From assembly GCA_965215885.1 (NCBI GenBank), contig CBDCEW010000105.1:288001-352000 (forward strand): a stretch of DNA of 64,000 bases. Reading direction: 5' to 3'. The position numbers were made by a program, and so were the translations under genes. The notes beneath the pieces are model-generated. The model saw only the letters and a list, made by a program, of their open reading frames with translations. It was not told the DNA's origin and ran no database searches. The DNA comes from Candidatus Moanibacter sp. GTDB lineage: Bacteria > Verrucomicrobiota > Verrucomicrobiia > Opitutales > UBA2987. Position 1 is the stretch's first letter. Every line of letters begins with the position of its first letter. Below are positions 21,522-32,644 of this stretch, one piece after another.

Positions 21522-21840
21522 TTACTACGTAAGCAGTCTCAATCCCGCCGATTTGAGCCCTCAACAGTTCCTCTCGAAAATTCGCAACCATTGGTCGATC
21601 GAAAATAAAAATCATTACCCCAGGGATCGCTTCTTCGATGAAGATCGATGTATGATCCGTAATCATAACGCAGCCAGAATTCTTGCTGCATGCAGGCAAC
21701 TGGTTCTCAGCCTCAAGTCTTCCATGGGCGCTGAATCCACTCCCGCACTCTGTGATGATTTCGTCTTTAACTTACATAAGGCCATCAATATCATCACCTA
21801 ATGCTCCGAGAATCAAAATACATCCGGGCTGCAGGAGTTT

Positions 21841-22470
21841 GTGGCCGACCGGAATCGAGTGACCTCGGATCAGGAGAGGGAAGGGGAGTGGGAAGCTGCC
21901 GTGGAGACTGCGCAACGAATGCAGACGATGATCCAGGAAATCGTATCGGTGCTGCAAGAGGAGGAGCATGCGGCTGAGTATGAGTATTCGATTGAGGAGA
22001 TTAGAGAGATAATTGGAGACAGAGCCGAGCCGATAGCGAAGAAGAAGGGCGTGCATTTTCAGGCGGATGCTGCGCCCGATGGCTCGATTGACAGCCGGAG
22101 GGGAAATCTCCTGCTTCTCATATTAATGAACCTGATTCAAAACGCCATAGAAGCTACGCCGGCAGGAAATAGAGTGTGGCTCTCTTTCAAAGAGGAAGAA
22201 AACAATCTGGAGATTAGCGTCTCCGATACTGGAGGAGGATTACCGGATTATGTTCAAGAAAATCTGTTTTCTCCTTGTCGAAGCACCAAAGAGAACGGTA
22301 GCGGGGTGGGGCTCGCGATCAGCCAACAGTTGGCAAAGCATATCCAGGGCGAGTTGGCCCTCGAAGAGACCGGTCCTGGGGGTACGCGTTTTCACCTGGG
22401 TATGTGCCTTGAGAGGCGTTTGCCCAACCGCGACGAGGAACACGCCGGTTCCGCGACAGAAGTGGCGTAA
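21841..22470 (+). pseudogene. C-terminal (HATPase) part of a sensor histidine kinase, 5' end lost at the IS junction
   Basis: NLIQNAIEA, VSDTGGG, LFSP..STK..GSGVGLAIS; no H-box. Confidence 0.8.
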
Positions 22471-22572
22471 GCAATGAAAGTCAGGGAAGTCGAAGTTTCC
22501 GATCTGCGCCTTCCGTCGCCGCTTCGCTGTGCCGTGACAAGTGCTCTTCATCACTTCTCGAATTTTTGAAAC

Positions 22573-25105
22573 AATGAGGTTACGTGTTATAATATGCAGT
22601 CTCTTTGGTATTTCCTTCGGTGTGGCGGGGAAAGCGCAAACGCCGGGAGATGAAATATGGCGGTTTACCGCGGGAGATGTCATCATTTCTTCACCCGCGG
22701 TGGCGTCGGATGGAACGATCTATGTCGGCGCCCAGGATAACAATCTGTATGCCGTTAATCCGGATGGCACACAGAAGTGGGTGTTTACTGGCGCTACAGA
22801 CTGGATCGATTCGTCGCCCGCAGTTGGCGCCGACGGGACCGTTTATGTGGGATCGTGGGACAACAAACTGTATGCATTAGATGCGGCCGATGGTTCGGAG
22901 GTTTGGAGTTTTGAGACTGGTAGTCTCATTGTTTCCTCGCCCGCCGTTGCGCTCGACGGAACGATTTATTTTGGGTCCTCCGACGGGATATTTTATGCAC
23001 TCAATGCCGACGGCACTCTGAAGTGGCAGTACGTGACCGGTGATGAACTGGATTCGTCTCCAGCGGTGGGTGATGATGGGACGATTTATTTCGGAAGCTA
23101 CGAAGACAAGCTCATCGCACTCAATCCCGATAGTTCCCTGAAATGGGAGTTTGAAGTGGAAATGGTTGAGGGAGAAGACGGGCGTGTGGTCTCTTCACCG
23201 GCGGTCGATGGAGATGGCAATATCTATTTCGGTTCCGGCAACACGAATCTCTATGCTCTCGACCCCAACGGTATGGAAATCTGGTCCTTCACGACCGATG
23301 GCAAAGTGGACTCCTCACCAGCGATCGGCCTCGATGGGACGATCTATTTCGCCTCTCGTGAGGGATATCTCTATTCGGTTGACGAAGGGGGAATCGAGAA
23401 CTGGTCGATTCTGGTGGGCGACGTCTTTTTGAGTTCTCCGGCGGTAGATTCGGCGGGAAATGTCTATATCGCGGCGTTCGCCGGGAACGGTATGAGCAAG
23501 GTATTCGTTTTTGATCAGGATGCCGTATTCTTATGGGAATTTGTCGTTAGCGCTCTGGTGGATTCTTCTCCTGCGATCGGTTCCAACGGAGTATTGTATA
23601 TTGGAGCGTACGATAATAATCTGTATGCGCTTCAAGCGGGAAATCCCTTAGCGAACAGCTTCTGGCCGCAATTCTCGCACGATCCCAAGCACACGGGAAG
23701 CGTGGAAGGCGGCGACCCGCCGACTATCGTGCAGTCGCCCAGTTCCGCCACCGTGGATGCGGGGGAATCCGTTACCTTCAGCGTTGTAGCAGCGGGAACG
23801 GAGCCGCTCAGCTATCAGTGGCGCAAAGATGGGCAGATTCTGAGTGGGGAAGATGGCACCGATCTGACTCTCGATAACGTGGCTGAACAAGATGAAGGCG
23901 ACTACGATGTGGTTGTTGCCAATGTTCTCGGGCAGGAGGTAAGCGCAGCGGCTACTTTGTCTGTCAACAGCGGCGGTGGAAAACAGAATCAGACGATTAC
24001 TTTCGATCCGATCCCGAATCAGACTTACGGGATGGATGGGGTTGCTTTGAGCGCTACGGCGACAAGCGGGCTTACGGTGAGTTTCTCCGTCATTTCGGGG
24101 CCGTCGGTCCCGAACAGCGATAACACGCTTACTATGACAGGAGTTGGAACGGTCATGGTGCGCGCGTCACAGGCTGGCGATGACAATTTTAATCCCGCCC
24201 CCGATGTTGATGAAAACTTTGCAATAAGCGCGGCCGGTTCCGGGGCGGCGGCGTTGTTGACGGGAGGAAATGCGAAACTCGTTAACGAAGGAACCTTCTT
24301 TGACGGAAATACCTACAACGGCTTTGAGATTGCCGGTCCCACGGGGACCTTTTCTTCTATCGCGGGAGAGATAACTCGTATATCTTTCCTCGAATCAGAG
24401 GGTGACCTCATGTTTGCCGAATTCGGGAGTGAGAACACCGACACGGTCCTCATTATTACCTTGGACGGCTTTGTAGCTGCTGTGCCTTCTCCGTATAACC
24501 AGGGCGACCTCACTTACGCGCAGGGACACCCCTCCTTTGAGATCAGGAATTCGACGGCACTCACCTTTGTGTCATTTTTCAGTCTCGGAAATGATATTCT
24601 GCGAGTCGATGTCTCTCTCATAAATGAAAATACTTTCAGCGGGTCGGTTAACGGGATCGCGGAGATCAATTCGCTTACAATCTCCGACGGCGCCACCGCT
24701 ATTGGAGGCATCAGCGCGGCAAATGCGAATTTTGTCGGATCGGACGGCATAATCGGAATCGATGCGCCGGATCTCCAGGTGGGCGTATTCGGTTTTGTGG
24801 GTGATCTGACGCCTTCCGGTACGGTCCTGCCTGTGCTTCGGATCAATACGAATTCAATGATCGGCGGTATTCTCATCGCAGGGGGCGATTTGGCGGAGGC
24901 CACGGGCGCTTTTCAGATAGATTCCGCCGGAATTGTCTACCCATTCCCCATTACGGCAACGGAAGGGCAACGCTCTATCAGCAACAGTTCATTCCGGCCT
25001 GCTCTCGGTGACGGATTTCTACCGCCTGTTACGACCACTTTTGTGTCAGATATCGATGCCTATTTTCTGACCGACGGCCAGAGTACGGGAACTTCAGGAG
25101 AGTGA
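22573..25105 (+). CDS. Secreted PQQ-like (BamB-type) beta-propeller repeat protein with Ig domains
   Basis: Signal peptide; ~8 SSPAV..DGTIY.GS.D..LYAL...G..KW repeats; PTIVQSP...YQWRKDG...DEGDYDVVV Ig domain; QTITFDPI domain. Confidence 0.88.
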
Positions 25106-25175
25106 TGCATAACTGCGCTTTTCCACAATGGGTAAGCGACACTTCGGCGTAGCTTTTGATTGGCCTCGAAATAAC

Positions 25176-25357
25176 CTAGCCCGAAAATTTCACAAATCTA
25201 CTACTACTACGACGGATCTCACCGCGTGTCAATGCCTTCCCTTGCCCGGCGACCTCAGAGGGTCTTAACACACTGTCGCCCGCCGTACTTCGGGAGGGCA
25301 TTGACATGCAGCGATCTACGCCGTCTCGCTACGAAGTGTGTGAAATGTCCGGGCTAG
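25176..25357. mobile_element. CTAG-bounded MITE, copy 1 (~180 bp)
   Basis: CTAGCCCGAAAATTTCACA...TGTGAAATGTCCGGGCTAG; homologous throughout to 51584-51772. Confidence 0.85.
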
Positions 25358-25479
25358 CGCAGCCAAGCGGCGACCAATAAAATAAGAAGAGAACCGGTCT
25401 GCCGTACGGCAGACCACGCAGATGGACGCGAATGCAAAAGGAAACTCATACTTCCCTTGGAAACCTCGTCGCGAATCCC

Positions 25480-25565
25480 GCTGTCCGGAAATGTCGATAC
25501 CGATCTCGTGCATCACTTTAACAGCAAGGGGATTGAGCCCGTGTTTTTCAATTCCCGCCGAGGAC
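25480..25565 (-). pseudogene. Fragment of an arsenate reductase/LMW-PTP gene
   Basis: [27 protein letters not shown]. Confidence 0.55.
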
Positions 25566-25568
25566 GGT

Positions 25569-26280
25569 TCAAAAACATCGCCTCGGAAGTAGCGGCATGT
25601 CGCGGTAGTCAATGCCCGGCCAGTTGAACAGGGTGATGTCGTGTTGGTAATGAGTGGGAAATTGCGCCGATTCCACGAGCCGGCGATACTTCCATAGCGG
25701 CCCTTTCGTGCCCGCCATCTCCTCGAACACCTGGTACTCGAGCCAGCCGGTCGTCTCACCGTAAATCTCGCCGCCGTGCACTTGGATACGCAGACCTAGC
25801 GTTGGTGGTCGCGGTAATGCTCGTAGTGAGTCGGCTTCGCAATGCGATGGTTCTCACCCTCGGGCTTCCGTTCGAGGGCGAATGTGTATGTGCAACTTTG
25901 CACACAATGTGGCTTCGTGTCGTGCGGCTGAGCATGTGGTTCGGAGGTCTCTTGCACAGATTCCGCGCCCACCACATAATCCGTGCCCGTCAGCTGCAGC
26001 ATATCACCCAGCTCCGTCGCGTCCAAAATATACTGAAACGCAATCCGCACGGCACGGCCGTTGTCGAGGTTTTGCGCCGTGATAGAAACGACGCGGTCGC
26101 CTTCCATCTGTGCTTCGGTCGCCTTTGTGCGCAGAAAAACCTTCAACCGTCCTCCCTCGACCTGCGGCGAAAGCAACTTGTCGATTGCGTCGACCGCCAC
26201 TATCGCCCCCAGCGGATCTCCCTCCTCCGGAACGCGCATTACGTCAACGAGCGCTTTTAATTTTCTCTTCATCGGCCATT
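25569..26280 (-). pseudogene. Internal fragment of an FAD-dependent oxidoreductase, frameshifted
   Basis: YILDATELGDML.L.G..Y.VGAE, then LWKYRRL...[12 protein letters not shown] in another frame. Confidence 0.65.
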
Positions 26281-26396
26281 CATTCTGGCAGTTGCGGGAG
26301 CTGAACAAAGTATGCCTCGTCCTGATCGATCCAGAAAGTGTTCGTTGAGTACCTACTTTTCATCCGCCGCAAACAGCCGGTATCTTGTTAGCTGAC

Positions 26397-26576
26397 TTAG
26401 TCATCTGATAATTTAGTAGAATCAGATTCGGAATCTTCTAATTCTTCTACCTGGTCAGCGATTTCCTTCTTCTCTGCGTTTCGTTCGCGGTGCCAATACT
26501 CCCTCTTACCCTCCTTGCGCAGATGTCTTGCCCACTCAGGCGAAGTAGCAAGCGTATCTTTCTTCTTTGTGGACAT
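26397..26576 (-). CDS. Small charged hypothetical cassette protein (59 aa)
   Basis: MSTKKKDTLATSPEWARHLRK..KREYWHRER; fills the last cassette exactly. Confidence 0.65.
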   Translation of the reverse strand: MSTKKKDTLATSPEWARHLRKEGKREYWHRERNAEKKEIADQVEELEDSESDSTKLSDD

Positions 26577-26582
26577 TCCAGG

Positions 26583-26708
26583 AGCTAACGTGGCGGTGAG
26601 GGACTCGCCCCTTACCTTGCTCTGCACTAGCTTGGCCAGGTGAAAAGTCGCTGTCACTCTTGAAAAACTGCAACGCGTTTAGGAATGTTTCTCTCCACCA
26701 TTTTGGGC
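26583..26708 (-). other. attC site (degenerate inverse core)
   Basis: AGCTAAC 26583-26589 ... TTTGGGC 26702-26708 (one mismatch to the cassette core GTTGGGC). Confidence 0.5.
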
Positions 26709-27680
26709 TTCTAATTGCTTGTTTGTATGTTTCGAAAAGAATACCCAAATCGCTTCCGAAGCATCAAAATCGCGACAGGTATTACCAACGATGCGAACTG
26801 GAAGATACTGTCTTGTCCCCGGCCAGGTGTGTCCACCGCCGATGACCTTGTATAAGACAACAGACACGCCAGTTTTATTATTTGTCCATTCAGTTCGTTC
26901 GACCGTTGAACCGTCGTGTTTCTCGATGTCAGGGAGACCCGTAATCACACCTTTAGCGCCGATTCCATTGTGCCTGAGCCAAAATTCTATTGTATCATCC
27001 GTCGAGATTACCTTGCCTCTGCTCGGCCGTCTACGGAGCTTAGCTAACCGTGGAAATAGCTGAGGTGTGACTTCACCTCCTTCATAGGGTACAAAGGGAT
27101 CCTGTGTGCCGTTGATGATCAACACTGAAACCTGCCTCTTTGGTTTTGCCTCGGCCAGTGGCTCAGGAATCTGGGCAGTCAACGAGGCTACCGCTGCGAA
27201 ATGCTGCCCCAACTCGATGGCTAGACGCTGAGAAAACATCCCGCCGTTCGAGATGCCGGTAGCGTAAACTCGTGTTTTGTCGATAGAATACTTTCTTTCG
27301 AGTCCTCCGATGAGCCCTTCTATCCAAGCAACATCGTTGATCGTCGCATCGTGGTCCCGGAACTTCTCGCTATGTCTCCCATCGTTCCAGTGTTTGTCGA
27401 TAGATTGAGGATAAATTGCAATGAAACCATGCTTCTCAGATAACATGCTAAAACCTGAGAAACCGGCAATCTGGCGGGCATCTCCCCCTCCTCCATGAAA
27501 CACAATTACAACTGGTGCAGCCAATTCTTCTTGATAAGTAGAAGGAAGGTGAACGAAATACTCTCGCCTGAAATCTCCTGATTGCATCACTTCCCTAAGA
27601 AGCTCTGCTGATAAACACTCGCTTGCCAGCAAGAGTAGAAGGACTCCTGGAATGATTTGGTGTGATTTGTAAATCTTCAC
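26679..27680 (-). CDS. Secreted PHB-depolymerase/LpqC-family esterase (cassette)
   Basis: Signal peptide, VFHGGGG, WNDG, ATGISNGGM, NGTQDP, GGGHTWPG. Confidence 0.9.
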   Translation of the reverse strand: MKIYKSHQIIPGVLLLLLASECLSAELLREVMQSGDFRREYFVHLPSTYQEELAAPVVIVFHGGGGDARQIAGFSGFSMLSEKHGFIAIYPQSIDKHWNDGRHSEKFRDHDATINDVAWIEGLIGGLERKYSIDKTRVYATGISNGGMFSQRLAIELGQHFAAVASLTAQIPEPLAEAKPKRQVSVLIINGTQDPFVPYEGGEVTPQLFPRLAKLRRRPSRGKVISTDDTIEFWLRHNGIGAKGVITGLPDIEKHDGSTVERTEWTNNKTGVSVVLYKVIGGGHTWPGTRQYLPVRIVGNTCRDFDASEAIWVFFSKHTNKQLEAQNGGEKHS

Positions 27681-27750
27681 GATTGCACTTTACCCGTTTG
27701 CCCAACGTTTGAGGACAGGTACGCGATTTATCGCGTTTCCTGCACCGGTT

Positions 27751-27961
27751 GTGGGCCGGGCAGATCCGACTGCTCGATGGTGATGTTAACATCAGAAAGG
27801 AAATGACACATGAAGTAAACAAAGTCCAGACCCAGCCCGATCAGCTGACCTGTCCGACGTAGCCTTGGCGAAGTTGGGACCGCCACTTACGGCATGCCAC
27901 CGTCCCGCTGGGTAGGATCCTTCAGGGCGAAGACGGACCCCTACATCCCGCTCAGCGGGAT
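27751..27961 (+). mobile_element. Group II intron remnant, copy A (~210 nt), in attC 27700-27750
   Basis: GTGGGCCGGGCAG start directly after attC ...CCGGTT; first ~90 nt match copies B-D; partial DV ACCGCCACTTACGG; 3' end uncertain. Confidence 0.7.
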
Positions 27962-28832
27962 CACGGCCTAAGCCGTTCGAGTGGTGGTCTAGAAGTGGCG
28001 TCCTTTTACCGTTGGATTGTAGGGCTTTAGTTCCAATTCCCTCGAGTCGAAAAGTAATGCGCTGAATTTTCTCGACAGCGATCGGCTTGCCTTCACTCCA
28101 GGCAGGACGGTAGATCGATTGTAAGACGGCTTTCAACGCTGGATCCTCAAATTCGGTATGCGATGAACTCTTAACCGCAATTCTTGCGACCGTCCCTAAC
28201 TCGTTAATTCGAATATGTATTGCAACGGATCCCTCAACTCCCTTCCTCTTTAATTCGAATGGATACACAGGCATTGGCATAAATAATCGTCTCGGTTCCA
28301 GAATTTCCTCTTGTCTAAGAATGTATTCATCGATCACTGGTTTCGTGTTGATGCTACCAAATTTGACTTTACTCAATAGCGCGTGAGTGACGACGTCTGC
28401 CATTGAAATGCGTTCTCTGATTTCATGGTCCTTAAAGTAGCTAACCAGAGGTGAATCAGATTCTGATAGCCAATTTTGAGCGACCCAATCGGAGATACAG
28501 AGAAACTCCATTCCGAATCGAACAAATCGATAATATTCGAGTTCTGAAAATCGCATTTCGCCGGGAAAAAATCGACTATTCGTTTTCCAATACCTGAGAT
28601 CCTTAAGAAGGGAGCGCGGAAGAGATCTCCGAAGCTGGCGCACGGCTTCGGTGATATTCCGAGGAATTTCGTTCTTCAATGCCGGAGGTTCTGCAGAGAC
28701 CATTGATAACTCGAAACAGCCGTCTCCGACGTTGGAGTGCACCGCGTTTGGGATGACAGTGGAGCACAGGAAAATCATCAGTGCTTTTCGCAACCACCTT
28801 CCGGGTCGACTTCCTCGTGCTACATCTTGCAT
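27792..28832 (-). CDS. TonB C-terminal domain protein (cassette); frame reads through the attC
   Basis: PVYPFELKRKGVEGSV...INELG.V...SS...FEDPALKAV...YRPA..EGKP; inverse core GTTGGAT at 28011-28017. Confidence 0.75.
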   Translation of the reverse strand: MQDVARGSRPGRWLRKALMIFLCSTVIPNAVHSNVGDGCFELSMVSAEPPALKNEIPRNITEAVRQLRRSLPRSLLKDLRYWKTNSRFFPGEMRFSELEYYRFVRFGMEFLCISDWVAQNWLSESDSPLVSYFKDHEIRERISMADVVTHALLSKVKFGSINTKPVIDEYILRQEEILEPRRLFMPMPVYPFELKRKGVEGSVAIHIRINELGTVARIAVKSSSHTEFEDPALKAVLQSIYRPAWSEGKPIAVEKIQRITFRLEGIGTKALQSNGKRTPLLDHHSNGLGRDPAERDVGVRLRPEGSYPAGRWHAVSGGPNFAKATSDRSADRAGSGLCLLHVSFPF

Positions 28833-28901
28833 CGACTCTTGAAAATCCACCGTCAAAGCGCACTCGCGGAGGCGTAAGCCGGAGTTGAGTGCCGCCTTGT
28901 T

Positions 28902-31486
28902 GTGTGCCGGGCAGATCCGACTGCTCGATGGTAATGTTAACATCAGAAAGGAAATGACACAGGAGGTAAACAAAGTCCAGAACCAGCCCGATGGAGGCGA
29001 AGGTTAGCCAATGGCAAGAGTATCACAGCGATGTGGGCTCGGAGGAAGCCGGAGGCAAAGACGCGTGCTGACGAACAGGTATGCCCCGCACCGGAAACGG
29101 TGGAGGGCAGGCAGATGAGGCGGGGGAAGACTGGGACGAATCTGCAACACAAGATGAAGTCCTCTATCCATCAGAGAGTTGACCCACGTAGATCTGATCC
29201 CGCTGAGCGCATACGCGTTAACTTAAGGAGAAGAAACAAGAGAGGAAATCAAGTCGAGAACGCTTTTCATAGGTGCAGTGTTTGGGGATTTGTTTGAGCC
29301 ATCGGGGGATGATCTGATCTTTGGGAAGGTGAGAGAGGATGAAGAAGTAGGGAGCAAAGAAGCCAAACCAGTAGGAGAATTTAAGGATACTCAGAGGAGA
29401 GGACAAACTGGTATTCGAATAGTGTCTAAGGGGACCATAGACGAAGTTGAGTAAGTGGGTAATGAGGATGAGACGGGCGTAGATAAGAAGCTCAACCTGG
29501 TAGGGAGTAGTCTCTTTGACCTGACCGAGATTAAGATGTTGCTTAAAGGCCTTGAAGAGAATTTCGATGCGCCATCCCGCTCAGCGGGACCGTAAAAGCT
29601 CAGAATCTGCTTAGGGCTAAAGTCTTTCTGATGGAGGTTGGTAATAAAGATTTGGAAACCGAGAAGGAAGCTGGTGCGGCTGGTATATCGAAGTCTATTG
29701 TCGCGGTTTTTTCTATGCTTGTGGCGGCGTTTATGGGCCACCTTCTGAGGGAGTTTGACGGCGATCAGACGAACCGGAAGCTTGGCTTTTTTACCCACCC
29801 GAACGGGCATATCGAGAAGCTTTTGGCCACGTAAAAGTTTGCGTAGATCGAGCTCTTCATCGCCTTCGTTGGCTAAAAGGCAAGTGCCGGTTTTCAAACG
29901 ACTCACAAAGAAGCAGCCGCGCTGATCGAGTTGCTTAAAGAGGTCGAGGACAAAATAGCCTAAGTCGCGCAGGATCAGGTCGTTGGGTTGAGCAACAGCG
30001 AGAATGTCCTTGGAAGCAGCCTGATCGTTTTTTCGGAAGCTTGAGAGGCTGAAGTCCACGAAGGATTCATTGCGCAAATCGTAATAAGCCTGGATCTTAA
30101 GTTGAGCCTGCTTGGAGCCTGTCTGATTGGAGGCTCCGGGGAAGAAGGGGGCGAGGGCCTTAGGCAAGCCAATCGAAGTGCTGTCGACAATGAGAACCCG
30201 TTCAAAGCTCCTCATGCAATTTGGAACAGCTCTGCCCACAGGCCCATAAGCTTTAAGTTCCAGAAGCTTCAGGAGCACTAAGGTCATAAAAGCGGTGGCT
30301 TTTTTGGCGCACTTTTGGACCGCTTGTCTGGAAATGGTGCGGTTGGCTAAGAATCCAATAAGCTCGGCTTCTTTGCCAAGGGACAAGGCCCCCTTAGAAG
30401 CCATCGCCAGCAAAGCCAAAACAAAGTTCAGTGGGGAAATCTTGCGCGATTTCCTCTCTCTGAAACCACTCTGTTTAGCGAGGGCTGTGAGGTTCAACTT
30501 ACGGAAGGTTTGACGGATACAATCAGCTTTTTTATACTTTGTATCCGAAGGATAAATCCTATATATGAACGAATGTACAGTATAAAATGCTGCCAAAGTG
30601 AAAAAAATGGGGGTAGACGGTAAAAGTAGAGAAGATAACCCGGTCAAAATGCACTCGCTCAACTGCGAATTTCCTCACCGCTGTGGTCGAAACGAAGCAA
30701 ATAGAAAAGGGCGAACAAATGGAGTGGAACCTCGAGGATAGAGACACCCTCATACTCCGCCGCAAAATACCTCGCAAGTCTTTGAATCTGACTAAGTTGC
30801 GAAAATAAGGTTGACGCGTATGCGCTCAGCGGGATGCGTCGAAAGTAGTCGGAGTAACCCCGGGAGAGCCGCTATGTCTTCTTTGTTTGAGGAGTGAGCA
30901 ACCCGCAAGGGGAGCCCAGCGCATAGCGGCAGTCAGCCGAGGGCATAAGAGTCGTAGAGGAAACGAGCCGGGAGTAGTCGCCGATCCACGGCGTGCCGGG
31001 ATCCGACGAAGAATCCGGAGGACTCACCCCGACAAAGGCCCGAACGGTGCCTTGTGCCGAAGGGCACAGGTAAATGAGAGTGGCAAGTAGGAAGAGCGAC
31101 TAATGAACTCATTGCAGCAGTCCAGCTCAGAAGAGTTTGTTGCGTCGCGAATATCCCAAAGCCCGACAGGACGGATCCGGCTCTTGGAGAGTATCCCGGA
31201 GCGGAAGAACATGCAGCGCGCGCTGCACTTTGCCCGCTACGTCGAGGACTGTGTCATCTTCGTCCGAAGCGAGCGGGGAGGGAAACGGGTGATGGAATTT
31301 CCCGTCATTCGGGCTCGTCTTCCCCTGGACCCGATCCTGCCCTGATCAGCCGAAGCGTCTCCCCGCCACTGATCAGCCGAACCGCCACTTACGGCATGCC
31401 ACGGCGAAGCCCTTCAGGGCGAAGACGGGACCCGTACGAGTGGTGGTGTGGGAGGGGCGCCCCGCGAGGGGCGTCCCTCCCCCGAT
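28902..31486 (+). mobile_element. Miniature group IIC-attC intron, copy B, interrupted by an IS4-family element
   Basis: GTGTGC 5' end after attC GTT; ...CCCGAT 3' end followed by GGGC, restoring GTTGGGC; RT remnant LHFARYVEDC. Confidence 0.88.
29210..30822 (-). mobile_element. IS4-family insertion sequence; transposase frameshifted near 29580
   Basis: IRs CATACGCGTTAAC / GTTGACGCGTATG; ORF 29391-30662 with IVDSTSI, LRDLGYF, FFVSR; Y..RW.IE..FK signature broken by a hairpin. Confidence 0.88.
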
Positions 31487-31963
31487 GGGCGGTTTTCGTT
31501 TGTTTCTGAAGCGAATTGGTTTCGGTCCAAACCATAGTGATGTCTTCTTTTCCGGAAATCGATCATTCAAATACGATAGAAAACACTTCCAATCCTTTGA
31601 CGTAAATCCGACCGGCACAATTTGGAATGACTGCTGCCCCTCGAATTTTATGAGGAAAGTAACCAGCCCTTTTCCAATCGAACTATATGCTTCAAGCTGC
31701 GACCAAGAGTACTCACCCGATCCTGGAAATAGCATTCGAATCGTAATCTTCTCCTCATTCCACAATATCTCTTTCGGAGTAAACATAATCAAAACACCTA
31801 CGGCTAAAAACGAACTCACCATCGCAGCCGTAAGAATCAAATCATCGATGCGGATATTCTTACCTTGGATGTAAGGTAAAAGTCCCGTGAGTATTGCCCA
31901 CAGTACGAAGAAGCCGAAAAATGCCTTTAGAAATGCACGTAGGTAGTTTGGCTTCAGCATCAT
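31373..31963 (-). CDS. Hypothetical membrane protein (cassette); 3' end runs into the intron
   Basis: Two TM helices then a soluble domain; ATG follows core site 31977. Confidence 0.65.
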   Translation of the reverse strand: MMLKPNYLRAFLKAFFGFFVLWAILTGLLPYIQGKNIRIDDLILTAAMVSSFLAVGVLIMFTPKEILWNEEKITIRMLFPGSGEYSWSQLEAYSSIGKGLVTFLIKFEGQQSFQIVPVGFTSKDWKCFLSYLNDRFPEKKTSLWFGPKPIRFRNKRKPPIGGGTPLAGRPSHTTTRTGPVFALKGFAVACRKWRFG

Positions 31964-31970
31964 GATTTTC

Positions 31971-32061
31971 GCCCAACGCTCAAGTGGAGGCATGCCGGGC
32001 CAATCGGTAACACTTGGAACCGGTGGCGCAAACCGGCATTGCCTCGCACGCCTTGTTCGCA
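31971..32061 (-). other. attC site (91 bp)
   Basis: GCCCAAC...GTTCGCA; stem AGGCATGCCGG / CCGGCATTGCCT; similar to attC 34028-34117. Confidence 0.85.
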
Positions 32062-32316
32062 TCAGATATGGTCTGCATAGGTAACATCGACGACGTAGAT
32101 TCTCTTCACTGCGTGATCCACATAGTATAGAACCGCGTACGCATTTAAGATAACACCGTGCAGGTTTCCCTCGTCGCCTCGATCCGAAAAATCGGGATCC
32201 TTGAACGGATCTCTTCCGATCCGCTCAATTTCGAAAAGAAGCTTTGTCCCTTCTTTATTGCGTTCCGCGGAAAGAAATCCGATCGCCTTTACCGAGATAA
32301 AGACCTCGTAGTCCAC
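32062..32316 (-). CDS. Putative RelE/ParE-like toxin
   Basis: 84 aa; YEVFIS..A...IGRDPF...YAVLYYVDHAVKRIYVV; directly downstream of a small partner gene. Confidence 0.55.
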   Translation of the reverse strand: MDYEVFISVKAIGFLSAERNKEGTKLLFEIERIGRDPFKDPDFSDRGDEGNLHGVILNAYAVLYYVDHAVKRIYVVDVTYADHI

Positions 32317-32320
32317 AGTC

Positions 32321-32518
32321 TTATTCTTCCGCGATCTGTTTCTTCAGCTTGTCAAGGCTGACCCAATGATCAGGATCCTTGTCGTCCAGACGCCGAGACA
32401 ATTCCTTCCGATAATCCTCGTTCTCCCGCAGACGCCGAAGAACGAGATGAGACATTAGTCTCTTTCGATCAATCGGCTCCAACTTGTCGACTTCGCTGAT
32501 GATCTCAGTGATGCCCAT
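32321..32518 (-). CDS. Putative antitoxin (addiction-module-like)
   Basis: 65 aa helical protein ending WVSLDKLK; 4 bp from the toxin-like gene. Confidence 0.55.
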   Translation of the reverse strand: MGITEIISEVDKLEPIDRKRLMSHLVLRRLRENEDYRKELSRRLDDKDPDHWVSLDKLKKQIAEE

Positions 32519-32580
32519 TGCGATTCAATGCTATTTCAGTCCTCTGACCTGTCGAGCCGAAATTCCGCGCGCGCCAGCGC

Positions 32581-32644
32581 GCGGAACGTCTGAGCTCTCA
32601 TGCGAAGGGCGTTAGCCCAAGTTATGAGCAGCATCTTGTTATGC
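32581..32644 (-). other. attC site (64 bp)
   Basis: GCGGAAC...GTTATGC with GCTCTCAT/ATGAGC stem. Confidence 0.8.

Larger units (their letters stand above)
17929..21831 (+). mobile_element. ISAs1-like element with DUF4338 (DruA-like) N-terminal domain, interrupted by a second IS; ends approximate
   Basis: ORF 18024-19418: QHHYL...RRFLILP...LASKTL...ETFVDP...GTCYEASGW, then AVDGKTLKG, KSNEIT, FDAMH, IKDNQP; continues HGRLEIR (~19460) and, after the nested IS, RSYYVSSL...IRNHWSIEN...RD..FDED. Confidence 0.8.
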
